Assembly: GCA_003022365.1 (NCBI GenBank)
Contig: PXOU01000007.1
Span: 227-64,226 of the forward strand
DNA length: 64,000 nucleotides
Direction: 5' to 3'
Source: Candidatus Saccharibacteria bacterium QS_5_54_17
GTDB lineage: Bacteria > Patescibacteriota > Saccharimonadia > QS-5-54-17
Below the pieces are notes generated by a model. The model was not told the origin of the DNA, searched no databases, and was given only the letters and a program-made list of their open reading frames with translations. Of the stretch, positions 19,590 through 29,008 are shown one piece after another. The first letter of the stretch is position 1. The number at the start of each line of letters is the position of its first letter. The translations under genes and the position numbers were made by a program.

Positions 19590-20675
19590 TTAGGAGCGGA
19601 GCGGCATGACGATGTGTAAGTAGGAATCATCGTCCACCGGCTGGATCAGGCACGGATTGACTTTGCCGGTTAAACTGATGTCAACTTGGTCGGTATCGAT
19701 CACGCTCAAGGCGTCGGCGATATATTTACCGTTGAGGGCTACTTCCATATCTTCACCGGAAACCTCGCCGGAAATCTCCGAGCTGTTTTCACCGACTTGG
19801 CTGGCGACCGATTCCATATACAGACTGTCACGGGCTATTTTGACTGTCACGCTTCCGGTGGTTTCCCGTGCGAACAAGGTGGCCGCTTTGGTAATATCCT
19901 GGAGCTCGCCGGTGTTCACCCGGGCGGTGGTGGGAACCTCCTGGGGTATAAGTTGCCGGTAATCAGGGAATTCGCCGTCGATGATCCGGGAAACCAACTC
20001 CGTTTCATTGAACCCGAAGCTGATTTGATTGTCATCGATTTTCACTGTGACATCTTCACCCTCACCTAAAAGCCGCAACACTTCCGACACGGTGCGGGCG
20101 GGCACCACCACGTTACACTCAGCATCGGTCTCCATGATTTGCTTTTCCGCCAACCGGTAGCTGTCGGTGGCCACCGCGTACAGCATGCCGTCTCTGGTAT
20201 GCAGATAGACACCCGTTAAAACCGGCCGGCTATCATCCCCGGAAGTGACATGCACCACCTGGCTTAAGGCGTTTTTAAGCGTTTTGGCTGCCACTTGAAA
20301 TTCTACGTTACCCGAAACGGAGGGAATCGAAGGAAACTCTTCGGCGCTGATACCGTTGATTTTAGAGGAAAACCCGTTACTGTCTATGTGCACCGTGTCT
20401 TTCTCGCAAGTCAAGGAAACGTTTCCGGCCGGAAGATTGTGCACGTATTCGGAAAACAACTTGGCCGGAATAGTAACAGCTCCATCTTCTTCTACTTTAC
20501 CGCCGATCCAGTGAGTTATGCCCATTTCAAGATTAGTAGCTGAGAGCTGGATCCGGTTGTCTTTGGTTTGGAGTAATACATTAGCCAATACCGGCAAGGT
20601 ATTCCGATTGCCGATGATGCGGGAAACGGTGCTAAGTCCGTGGTTAAGATTTTCCTGGGTGATACTGAGCTTCAT
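19590..20675 (-). CDS. dnaN: DNA polymerase III beta sliding clamp
   Basis: 'LPVLANVLL', 'SRPVLTGV', 'VATDSYRLA', 'DGEFPDY', C-terminal 'IVMPLR'. Confidence 0.98.
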   Translation of the reverse strand: MKLSITQENLNHGLSTVSRIIGNRNTLPVLANVLLQTKDNRIQLSATNLEMGITHWIGGKVEEDGAVTIPAKLFSEYVHNLPAGNVSLTCEKDTVHIDSNGFSSKINGISAEEFPSIPSVSGNVEFQVAAKTLKNALSQVVHVTSGDDSRPVLTGVYLHTRDGMLYAVATDSYRLAEKQIMETDAECNVVVPARTVSEVLRLLGEGEDVTVKIDDNQISFGFNETELVSRIIDGEFPDYRQLIPQEVPTTARVNTGELQDITKAATLFARETTGSVTVKIARDSLYMESVASQVGENSSEISGEVSGEDMEVALNGKYIADALSVIDTDQVDISLTGKVNPCLIQPVDDDSYLHIVMPLRS

Positions 20676-20679
20676 AATT

Positions 20680-20910
20680 CATAATCCTTTTATTTACATG
20701 GTTATTATTGCGGTCGTGGAATCTGTGGATAATCGTAATATATTCCTTTTCCAAGCAAAAACAGAACTATTTTCGAAGTGGAGAAATAGCGGAAAAACTT
20801 TGGATAGAGGTGGCGTGTGTTTGCCACAACAGCGACACGACTACCGGAGTTATAAGCGGTGAAATACATCCACCACCTATACACAACCGTTCCCGCCTTT
20901 TCCACATTAT
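20680..20910. promoter_or_regulatory. oriC part between dnaA and dnaN (DnaA boxes + putative unwinding site)
   Basis: Perfect box TGTGGATAA at 20724-20732; near-consensus TTTGCCACA 20820-20828, CTATACACA 20877-20885 and TTTTCCACA 20898-20906; AT-rich tract next to the dnaN start. Confidence 0.8.
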
Positions 20911-21017
20911 TTCCATACCTTTTCCCGAAGGTTTTTAATGTTTGAGGAGCCATAAAACCGGTGTCTCCCGTCACCTGAACACTACCATGAAACAGTTTTG
21001 GGAAAATGAGCCGAGTT

Positions 21018-22391
21018 TCAGGCATACAGCTGCTCTTTGACTTGCTGAACGGTTTGGCGCATGGAGGCATCCTCGGCTATACTCTGTTCGATTTTGCTCA
21101 CCGAATGAATGGCGGTGGTGTGATCTTTCCGGCCGACCGCTTTGGCCACGGCGGGGAAGCTTAAATGGAGTTCGTTCCGGAGGAGATACATACTGATTTG
21201 GCGTGGCTGGGAGACGGTTTTCTCTCTCCGGGCGCTCATAATTTCATGGGGGGTAACATTGAAATACCGAGCCGTTTTTTCCACGATCTGTTTCTGGGTC
21301 AGCCGGTGCCGCTTGGATTGGCTACTGCCCAGCACCTGTTCCACAACCGGAATTGATGGGGTCTGTCCGCTCATCTCACAGTGGGCGAGTACTTTCGTTA
21401 AGGCGCCTTCCAGCTCACGGATGTTGGACCGGATGTGGGTGGCCAGGTACTCGCTGACATCACCGGGAATATTGGTCTGGTGTTGGTGAGCTTTACTCTG
21501 GATGATGGCCATTCTGGTTTCCAGGTCGGGCGGCTGGATATCGGCGGTCATACCCCATTCGAACCGGCTCCGTAACCGCTCTTCCAGGGTGGGGATAGAA
21601 TTGGGCGGCTGATCGCTGGAGATTATGATCTGTTTATTAGCCTGGTGCAGGGCGTTAAAGGTGTGGAAAAACTCCTCTTCGGTTTTTTCTTTTCCGGCAA
21701 TGAACTGCATGTCGTCCACAATCAGTACGTCGGCACTCCGGTATTTATCGGAAAAGGTTTTCTTCTGCAGCGTGCTGGCGATGAATTCTTTGGTAAAGCG
21801 CTCACTGGTAATGCATTCGATGCAAATGTCGGGATTTTTCCGGAACATTTCGTTGCCGATGGCTTGGATGAGGTGGGTTTTTCCCAGCCCCACTCCGCTG
21901 TATATAAACAACGGATTATACTTTTCGCCCGGATTTTTGACGATCGCCTGGGAGGCAGCATAAGCCAATTCGTTGCCGGCACCGACCACGAAGTTGTCAA
22001 AGGTGTATTTGGAGTTCAGGTTGGAGGTATTGGATCGGGATTTGGGTTTAACGCTCCAGTCGGTTTGCCGCTGCTGACCGGTTTGACGTTTCTGAGTGGT
22101 TTCTACCGGCGCGGGCTCGTTTGTTCTCCCGTCTTTTTGCAGCTGGGTTTCCTGGTGGATGGTAAAGGTTATCTTCTCCGGCTGTAGGCCGTTTTTGTGC
22201 AAGGTTTGCTCCAGAAGCGACTGGTATTTTTCCTCCAACTGCCGCTTGGTAAACACATTGGGTACGCCGATTACCACTTCCTGGCCATCACTTTTGACAA
22301 GTGTGGTGTTCTTAAACCATGTCGCGAAGCTGGCACGGGGAATCGTAACTTCAATTTCTCCCAGCACTGCCTGCCACAACGGGCTCGCCAA
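21018..22391 (-). CDS. dnaA: chromosomal replication initiator DnaA
   Basis: 'YTFDNFVVG', 'YNPLFIYSGVGLGKTHL', 'EEFFHTFN', 'RLRSRFEWG', 'NIRELEGAL', 'KDHTTAIH'. Confidence 0.99.
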   Translation of the reverse strand: MASPLWQAVLGEIEVTIPRASFATWFKNTTLVKSDGQEVVIGVPNVFTKRQLEEKYQSLLEQTLHKNGLQPEKITFTIHQETQLQKDGRTNEPAPVETTQKRQTGQQRQTDWSVKPKSRSNTSNLNSKYTFDNFVVGAGNELAYAASQAIVKNPGEKYNPLFIYSGVGLGKTHLIQAIGNEMFRKNPDICIECITSERFTKEFIASTLQKKTFSDKYRSADVLIVDDMQFIAGKEKTEEEFFHTFNALHQANKQIIISSDQPPNSIPTLEERLRSRFEWGMTADIQPPDLETRMAIIQSKAHQHQTNIPGDVSEYLATHIRSNIRELEGALTKVLAHCEMSGQTPSIPVVEQVLGSSQSKRHRLTQKQIVEKTARYFNVTPHEIMSARREKTVSQPRQISMYLLRNELHLSFPAVAKAVGRKDHTTAIHSVSKIEQSIAEDASMRQTVQQVKEQLYA

Positions 22392-22464
22392 TGGTAACCT
22401 CCCTCACGCGCTTTGCTTAACTCTCTTTTTAGGCGTGTACCTATAAACTATATTAACCCAGGCG

Positions 22465-22580
22465 CTTGCATTTCCACAAATCCCGCGCATAAATCACCCC
22501 AAAACGGCTCAAGTTTTCCACAAGCAGCATTTAACACCGGCAAGCTTGTGGATAAATGCTTGTTAGATGTGTATAAAAAC
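22465..22580. promoter_or_regulatory. DnaA-box cluster upstream of dnaA
   Basis: ATTTCCACA 22470-22478, TTTTCCACA 22514-22522, TGTGGATAA 22547-22555, TGTGTATAA 22568-22576. Confidence 0.8.
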
Positions 22581-22732
22581 GATATTATGCAACTAGAAAG
22601 CAGCCTATATATACCCTGTTTGAGCACCGGTAATCCGTGTCAAGTTTGCCGGGAAGAATTAGGCAAGCGGCTAGAGCGGGTGTGTTACGATGCACGGGTA
22701 GCCAAAACAGGTTAGCATAAGGAGTTCCAGCT

Positions 22733-22870
22733 ATGTCCAAACGGACCTATCAACCCAAGAAACGGCAACGGGCGCGGGAGCATGGGTTCTTCAAGCGCAT
22801 GAGCAGCCAAGCGGGGCGGAATGTCCTCAAACGCCGCCGGCAAAAGGGACGGAAGCGCCTCAGCCATTAA
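22733..22870 (+). CDS. rpmH: 50S ribosomal protein L34
   Basis: Not in the ORF track. Translated by hand: [45 protein letters not shown]; RBS AAGGAG. Confidence 0.97.
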   Translation: MSKRTYQPKKRQRAREHGFFKRMSSQAGRNVLKRRRQKGRKRLSH

Positions 22871-22903
22871 GGCTTTCATGAGGTGATCCCTTAGGCTTTT
22901 TAT

Positions 22904-23248
22904 ATGCTCAAGCAGCCCAACCGGCTCCGCCGACAAAAAGATTTCGCCCGGGTATTCAAGCACGGGGACACCGTCCATATGCCGGCCTTTACCGTCAAAT
23001 ACCACGCCAACCACCACCCTTCGCGTACCCGGGTGGCGGTGGTGATCAGCAGCAAAGTAGCCAAACGGGCGGTTATCCGCAATCGGACCCGCCGCCGGTT
23101 CTACGGACAGGTCCAGCTTTTGTGGCCGCGGATACGGCCCGGCATGGACGTCGTCATCCTGCTTCGGCGCCAAGCCACTGATCTGCGCGGCGCCCAACTC
23201 GCCGAGCAGTTGCGGAGTTGTTTTCACAAGGCAGGCATTCTACACTAA
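22904..23248 (+). CDS. rnpA: ribonuclease P protein component
   Basis: 'RLRRQKDFARVF...RVAVVISSKVAKRAVIRNRTRRR' RNR motif; follows rpmH. Confidence 0.95.
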   Translation: MLKQPNRLRRQKDFARVFKHGDTVHMPAFTVKYHANHHPSRTRVAVVISSKVAKRAVIRNRTRRRFYGQVQLLWPRIRPGMDVVILLRRQATDLRGAQLAEQLRSCFHKAGILH

Positions 23249-23263
23249 CGGGAGAGGTAACCC

Positions 23264-24217
23264 ATGATAGACACCATTATTCTGGAACCGCTACTGAACC
23301 TGTTGTTGTTTTTGTACGCCGTTATTCCGGGCGGATTCGGGGTGGCGATTATCGCTATGACGATCGTGATCCGGTTGGCGACCTGGCCGTTAATGAAGAA
23401 GCAGGTCCACAAGCAAGAGGAAATGAAAGAGCTCCAGAAAAAGCAGCAGGAGCTCAAACCCAGGATCGACAAGATCAAAAAACAGGCCAAGGGGGATAAG
23501 CAAAAGGAAGCCCGGATGCTGTCGGAACTTTATCGGGAGCAGGGGATCAACCCCATGGCCATGCTCGGCAGTATGGGGCCCATGCTGTTGCAACTGCCCA
23601 TATTGATCGCGCTGGTGGAAGTATTCCGGGATATGATCACCGTGGAGCAGATCAAAACCTCCGCCTACTCCTTCGTCAATTCTTTGCCGGCCATCCAGGA
23701 TATTCTAGCCCAGCCGGACGCGTTCGACCCGATGTTATTGGGATTCTTCCGTCTGTCCGAAACCAGTTTGATACTGGCCGCGGTGGCCGGTGTCACCACC
23801 TATGTCACGGCCAGGCAAATGTCCGCCCTCAAATCCGGCCAATCGGATTCGGGCAAAACGAGCGGTGCCGGCTTGCTCATGAAAGTCATGCCGATCGCCG
23901 TATTCGGCATCAGCGCTACGTTCCCCGCGGCATTGCCGTTGTACATCGCCACCATGAGTTTGGTGGCCACCTTCCAACAACACATCATCCTCAAAGAGGA
24001 AGAGAACGTCATCAAGCAATTCATGAACCGCCGGAGAGGGGGTGAGGCCTCCTCTGAGGTGTCATCTCCGGAGCAAACATCCAGTTCCCCGGGCGAAAAC
24101 AAGAGCAAGAACAAGACCCAAGAAGGCTCGAAGAAGCCTCAACAGTCTTCCGAGAAGGCGGCTTCCGGGCAGCAGGCTGCTTCAGGTAAACTCCAGGCTA
24201 AAACCAAGAAGGGATGA
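23264..24217 (+). CDS. yidC: membrane protein insertase YidC (short form)
   Basis: 'FGVAIIAMTIVIRLATWPL', 'LYREQGINP', 'LLQLPILIAL', 'PAALPLY'; synteny. Confidence 0.93.
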   Translation: MIDTIILEPLLNLLLFLYAVIPGGFGVAIIAMTIVIRLATWPLMKKQVHKQEEMKELQKKQQELKPRIDKIKKQAKGDKQKEARMLSELYREQGINPMAMLGSMGPMLLQLPILIALVEVFRDMITVEQIKTSAYSFVNSLPAIQDILAQPDAFDPMLLGFFRLSETSLILAAVAGVTTYVTARQMSALKSGQSDSGKTSGAGLLMKVMPIAVFGISATFPAALPLYIATMSLVATFQQHIILKEEENVIKQFMNRRRGGEASSEVSSPEQTSSSPGENKSKNKTQEGSKKPQQSSEKAASGQQAASGKLQAKTKKG

Positions 24218-24220
24218 GAT

Positions 24221-24685
24221 ATGGACGCACGGCAATTCGCGACCGATTTTCTGGAAAATCTGGTTACCTTCTTCGGAGTTAACGTGATCGTGGAATCCCA
24301 GGAAGACGAAGATGAGGGCGTCATCCGATTGAACGTCCCCTCCACGCACCTCAATGGCTTTTTTATCGGCCAAAACGGGGACACGCTCCGTTCCTTCCAA
24401 AATCTGACCAATATGGCGCTGAAAAGCAACGGCTACCAAGACACCTCCGCCACCGTCGATGTTGCCGGGTATAAAAAACAACAGGACCAGCGCCTCCAGC
24501 GGCACGTACAGAAAGTAGCCCAGGACGTGAAAACCAACGGGGAGGATCACTCGCTCCGGCCCATGAACGCCTACGAACGCCGCGTCGTACACCGGGCGCT
24601 GGCCGACATTGACGGCGTGGAGAGCGAAAGCACCGGGGAAGGCCGCGCTCGCCAAGTGGTCATCAAAAAGAGCGAATCCCCCTAA
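24221..24685 (+). CDS. jag: Jag/KhpB-like KH-R3H protein lacking Jag_N
   Basis: KH 'FIGQNGDTLRSFQ' and R3H 'LRPMNAYERRVVHRAL...ESTGEG'; follows yidC. Confidence 0.85.
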   Translation: MDARQFATDFLENLVTFFGVNVIVESQEDEDEGVIRLNVPSTHLNGFFIGQNGDTLRSFQNLTNMALKSNGYQDTSATVDVAGYKKQQDQRLQRHVQKVAQDVKTNGEDHSLRPMNAYERRVVHRALADIDGVESESTGEGRARQVVIKKSESP

Positions 24686-24687
24686 TA

Positions 24688-24980
24688 TTCCTGAAACCGA
24701 TTCTGAAACTAATCCTGAAACTAATCCTGAAACTGATCCTGAAATAAATTCAGGATGACGTCTTCAGGATGACAGGAACAAGAGCAGGAAGTAAGAAGCA
24801 AGAAGCAAGCGGGGGTCAGTAGACAGGAGACGGTAGACAGGGAACAAAAAACAAAAAGCAGGAAGTAAAGAGGAAGGAGTAAGTTTCGAAATCGGCTCTG
24901 AAATAGATCCTGAAATAAATTCAGGATGACAGTTCTTTTTCGTCACCCTCTCTGTCATTCCGGCCCCTGAGCCGGAATTC
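24688..24980. repeat. composite palindromic intergenic element, copy 5
   Basis: 12-bp tandem units (CTGAAACTAATC), GATCCTGAAATAAATTCAGGATGAC twice, purine heptamer tract, TGTCATTCCGG-N8-CCGGAAT. Confidence 0.9.
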
Positions 24981-25010
24981 AGGCAGCTTTTTATAGATTA
25001 CCTACTGAGG

Positions 25011-25053
25011 CTTATTACAAAAACTGACGATCGTCAGTAAATGTGATAGCTAC
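25011..25053. repeat. 43-bp palindromic element, copy A
   Basis: CTTATTACAAAAACTGACGATCGTCAGTAAATGTGATAGCTAC; three mismatches to 37844-37886. Confidence 0.8.
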
Positions 25054-25190
25054 GTAAGGAAGTGCCCGGGAAGCAGGATGTAGCAGGCAGGACGAAGGAA
25101 CCGGGGTGGAGGAAGAGGGATAATCTCCTGGGTTAGTTAAAGGGAAATTTGGCAACCAGTGTAAACAAAAGTACGCAAAGCCCATATAGT

Positions 25191-25946
25191 CTAGGTGTCT
25201 ATTTCGTTCAACACCGCATTCCTTAGTTTGTTAAGTATTGCCATTGCACATCGTTTGTCGCCGGGACTGAAACTGGTCGATCTGTGTAACAAGCGTTGTT
25301 GCATTTGTCGCATGAACGCCATATCGTCATTGGCTAGCGTGTCCTGGAGCATCTGGAGATTTTGCTGGAGACCCCAGACCGTTTGGTGGTAACGGAGATA
25401 GGTAAGGATTTGCAACATCCGCCGGACTGTTGGAACAAACCACTTAACGGCTTCGAATTTTTCTCGCTGGGATTGTGCTTTGATCTCCTCGTCGAATTTT
25501 TCGGTGATTTTCTCAGTCGCCTCTTTGTTTGATAAATGTTTTTGCATATCAAAATCTTTCAAGCCGCTGACGAACTGCTTGAAGGTTTCGTCCTGATACA
25601 ATACCCCCGCTCCTTTTAGGACGGTGATGTACAAACTCCATGAACCGTTTTCTATGCGCTCCTCCAGCTCCGGGATGGTCAAGTAATACATAAGTGATAT
25701 TCGCGGGTATTTTTGCTCCATCGCGGGCCTGTGTTCCGGATCGGGTTGCCGCCCGAAAAACATCAGTATGTCGTAATCGCTTTCTGTTGGGGCGAAATAC
25801 CCTTCTATGTACGAGCCGTATATCAGAATCGCTCGCAAATTATCCTCCGCGTGGCGTTTCCGCGCGTCCGCCACAAAGTTTCGGAGATATTCATCTGGTG
25901 AAACGCGTGTCGTGTTCATGTATCCACTGCCGGGATATCCGGTCAT
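25191..25946 (-). CDS. Pol-beta-superfamily nucleotidyltransferase domain protein
   Basis: 'AILIYGSY...SDYDIL' GS/DxD motif with a helical C-terminal domain; start overlaps the GT2 stop (alternative start 25919). Confidence 0.7.
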   Translation of the reverse strand: MTGYPGSGYMNTTRVSPDEYLRNFVADARKRHAEDNLRAILIYGSYIEGYFAPTESDYDILMFFGRQPDPEHRPAMEQKYPRISLMYYLTIPELEERIENGSWSLYITVLKGAGVLYQDETFKQFVSGLKDFDMQKHLSNKEATEKITEKFDEEIKAQSQREKFEAVKWFVPTVRRMLQILTYLRYHQTVWGLQQNLQMLQDTLANDDMAFMRQMQQRLLHRSTSFSPGDKRCAMAILNKLRNAVLNEIDT

Positions 25947-26953
25947 TTAACGGGAAACTTGGTGGTTATTTTGATCAAGCCGGATTGCGTGGGCGGGGGC
26001 GCTTGATGCAAAAAGCCATCGATGTAACTTGGATCAACGCGCCTGTTGCGTTGTATCCGGTGCCGTTGCGTGAACGCTTTTGGGAGATGAATTATAATCT
26101 TAAACAACAATTTTATCAGAAGAATCAGTTTCAATTTCTTTATGAGTTGCAACATTTTGAAACCGAACACCCCCAACACCCGCCAGCCGTATCCCCAGAA
26201 CAATTTCCCCGGCATGTTTTTCATGAACACCACGGGGAAGTTTTTATACATATGCTGCAACCGGAAATCTCCCAGTTTTTCGCTGGTGGCGCCAATGTGA
26301 TGATAGACGATTGCTTCAGGGGCGTAGCGCAGCCTCCAGCCGGCCAGCCGGGCCCGGAAACTGATATCCACGTCCTCGTAGTAGGCGAAGAACCATTCGT
26401 CGAAAAATCCCACATCGACGAATAAATCAGCTCGATACAAGCTCCCGCCGCCGCTGGCGGCCAGTACTTCGCGGTGCCTGGCGCCATCGTATTGTCCGTG
26501 GTCTGCTTCGCCGCGCCCCCGGGGGAACGGCGTACCCCATATGGAATACTCGTCGCCGGTGCTATCAATGGTTTCCCCGTCATAGGCGAGGATTTTGCCG
26601 GTCACTACCCCGATGTCGCTGGATGCTTCTGCTACTGCAACCAAACGTTCCAACCAGTTTTCTTCTGCCACCGCGTCGTTGTTACACAAAGCTATATAGT
26701 CCGCGCCTTGTTTGAGCGCGTACTCTATTCCCGCGTTTACCCCGCCGGCGAATCCGTAATTATCCTCCAACTGCAGTATATGGGCATGAGGGTAGTAGTC
26801 CTCGATGAGCTGCACTGAGCCGTCCTGGGACCCGTTATCCACCACGATGACTTCCCCGGGGAGCGTCTGACGATGTAGGGAGTCAAGACATTCTCCCAGT
26901 AATTGCTCACCGTTCCAGTTGGGTACTACCACACCAATCTTCATATACCCCAT
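25943..26953 (-). CDS. GT2 glycosyltransferase
   Basis: 'VVVPNWNG', 'IVVDNGSQDGS', 'NYGFAGGVNAG', 'FFAYYEDVDISFRA'. Confidence 0.93.
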   Translation of the reverse strand: MGYMKIGVVVPNWNGEQLLGECLDSLHRQTLPGEVIVVDNGSQDGSVQLIEDYYPHAHILQLEDNYGFAGGVNAGIEYALKQGADYIALCNNDAVAEENWLERLVAVAEASSDIGVVTGKILAYDGETIDSTGDEYSIWGTPFPRGRGEADHGQYDGARHREVLAASGGGSLYRADLFVDVGFFDEWFFAYYEDVDISFRARLAGWRLRYAPEAIVYHHIGATSEKLGDFRLQHMYKNFPVVFMKNMPGKLFWGYGWRVLGVFGFKMLQLIKKLKLILLIKLLFKIIIHLPKAFTQRHRIQRNRRVDPSYIDGFLHQAPPPTQSGLIKITTKFPVK

Positions 26954-27015
26954 GCTCTCCTCAAAAAACTGTTAGAAATGGCGTAAACGATAGTCTATAA
27001 TAAACAGCGTAGTTT

Positions 27016-27810
27016 ATGCGAGTTTTCAACCGACGCAATTACTATTTGCTGCGCCAATTGGTCATTACCGATTTCAAGTTACGATACCAAGGCTCCGTGT
27101 TGGGGTATTTGTGGTCACTGCTGAAACCGTTGGCGTTATTTTCGGTGTTGTATACCGTATTCTCCCAGGTTCTCCGCTTTGGTGACGCTATTCCGTTCTA
27201 TCCAGCCTATTTGTTGCTGGGCATCGTCTTCTTTACCTTTTTCGCCGAAGCTACCAATAACGGGTTGCGGGCCATCGTGGACAGAGGCGATTTGATCGGC
27301 AAGATCAGTATGCCCAAGTACATCGTGGTGGTTTCCACCGTATTTTCCAGTCTTATCAACCTGATAATCAATCTCGGCGTGGTCATGGTATTCATTTTGG
27401 CCACCAATGCGGTGATCCGGCCGGCAGCCTTATTGGTGATACCAGTGCTGGCAGTCGAAGTGCTGGTTTTTAGTTTAGCCATCGTTTTTTTGCTGTCCGC
27501 GCTCTACGTACACTACCGTGATATCGCCTACATTTGGGAAGTCGTGGTGCAAATGATGTTTTACGCCACCCCGATTATTTATCCGCTTATATTAGTACCT
27601 GAAGCAGTCCGGCCGTTCTTGCTATTAAGTCCTCTGGCCCAGATCATCCAAGACGCACGGGATGTACTGGTCACCCCGCAAACTACCACCCTCTCCAGCA
27701 TCATAAGCCTGGAAGCTATGCTAATTCCCTTTGTGTTCATTGCGGGGCTCGGCGTAGTCGCTGTCTGGTACTTTCGCCGGAAAGCCCCCTATTTCGCGGA
27801 GGAGATGTAA
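27016..27810 (+). CDS. wzm: polysaccharide ABC transporter permease Wzm
   Basis: 'DFKLRYQGSVLGYLWSLLKPL', 'YRDIAYIW...FYATPIIYP'. Confidence 0.93.
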   Translation: MRVFNRRNYYLLRQLVITDFKLRYQGSVLGYLWSLLKPLALFSVLYTVFSQVLRFGDAIPFYPAYLLLGIVFFTFFAEATNNGLRAIVDRGDLIGKISMPKYIVVVSTVFSSLINLIINLGVVMVFILATNAVIRPAALLVIPVLAVEVLVFSLAIVFLLSALYVHYRDIAYIWEVVVQMMFYATPIIYPLILVPEAVRPFLLLSPLAQIIQDARDVLVTPQTTTLSSIISLEAMLIPFVFIAGLGVVAVWYFRRKAPYFAEEM

Positions 27811-27811
27811 T

Positions 27812-29008
27812 ATGCTCAAACAACCATACGCCGTCAAAGCCGAAAATATTTCCAAGACCTTCCGCCTGCCCAGCGAAAAACACAGCACGCTCAAACAGAC
27901 CGTACTGAATATGGGCAAACAGCACTACAGCCAGCAACACGTGCTCCAGGATATAAATTTGGAAGTCAAAAAGGGCGAATTTTTTGGCATCGTGGGGCGG
28001 AACGGCAGTGGCAAAAGCACCCTGCTGAAGATTCTGGCCGGTATTTATCAAGTCGACACCGGAAACATCCAGCTGAATGGGCGCTTAACCCCTTTCATTG
28101 AACTGGGCGTGGGGTTCAGCCCGGAACTTTCCGGCCGTGACAATGTGTTTTTAAACGGCACCATACTGGGGTTAACACCTGAGGAGATCGACCGCCAATA
28201 TAACGAAATCGTTGCCTTCGCCGAACTGGAAGACTTTATGGATCAAAAACTGAAAAACTATTCTTCCGGCATGCAAGTGCGGTTGGCATTCTCCATAGCC
28301 ATCCAGGCCCACAACGACATTCTCATGATAGACGAGGTGCTGGCGGTCGGCGATGAGAACTTCCAGAATAAGTGCGTGGATTATTTTTCTTCCATCAGAA
28401 AGGATAAGAACCAAACCGTGGTATTAGTCACCCATGATATGGGCTGGGTGGAGCGGTTCTGCGACAAAGCCATCGTCCTTCACGAGGGAGAAATCGTGGA
28501 GGGTGTCCAAAAACCCTACGACGCCCACAAACTGTATTCGCGCATTAATCAGTCTTACAAAACCGGCAAGGAGGGGGAGGATGATGAAAGCCGGTGGGGA
28601 GACGGCAAAGCACTCATCCGAGGTGTGACGCTGACAAGTCCTGATCAACAAGGCAAACATCTGTTCCGGACAGGTGCTCCTCTAGAGGTCACGGTCTCAC
28701 TTGAAAATCAGGAACTGACCTCCGGGACGATACTGGTCGGGTTGGCGGTCTATGACGAGACGGGTACCTTTATATATGGACCCAACAGCTACGGGGAAAA
28801 CCTTTCCATAGATCATACCCGGGTAACATATCGAGTACCGGACTTGAAACTGAATACCGGTCGATACTTCTTGAGCGCGGGGCTTTTTAATCAGGACGCC
28901 ACCGACACCTATGACTTTATGGACCAAGTTATAGAATTTAAAGTGATTAACGAGCACTCGGATACCAATCGTGGCAGAGTGGTGCTGGAAGGAGAGTGGG
29001 ATTACTAG
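27812..29008 (+). CDS. wzt: polysaccharide ABC transporter ATPase Wzt with C-terminal Wzt_C domain
   Basis: GRNGSGKST, 'YSSGMQVRLAF', 'IDEVLAVGD', plus a C-terminal 'RWGDG...' beta domain. Confidence 0.93.
   Translation: MLKQPYAVKAENISKTFRLPSEKHSTLKQTVLNMGKQHYSQQHVLQDINLEVKKGEFFGIVGRNGSGKSTLLKILAGIYQVDTGNIQLNGRLTPFIELGVGFSPELSGRDNVFLNGTILGLTPEEIDRQYNEIVAFAELEDFMDQKLKNYSSGMQVRLAFSIAIQAHNDILMIDEVLAVGDENFQNKCVDYFSSIRKDKNQTVVLVTHDMGWVERFCDKAIVLHEGEIVEGVQKPYDAHKLYSRINQSYKTGKEGEDDESRWGDGKALIRGVTLTSPDQQGKHLFRTGAPLEVTVSLENQELTSGTILVGLAVYDETGTFIYGPNSYGENLSIDHTRVTYRVPDLKLNTGRYFLSAGLFNQDATDTYDFMDQVIEFKVINEHSDTNRGRVVLEGEWDY

Noticed and set aside
22712-23227. 171-aa minus-strand ORF
   Set aside because: Antisense to rpmH and rnpA.
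23248-24685. Absence of yidD and mnmE around yidC-jag
   Set aside because: Common in reduced genomes; the genes could lie elsewhere.
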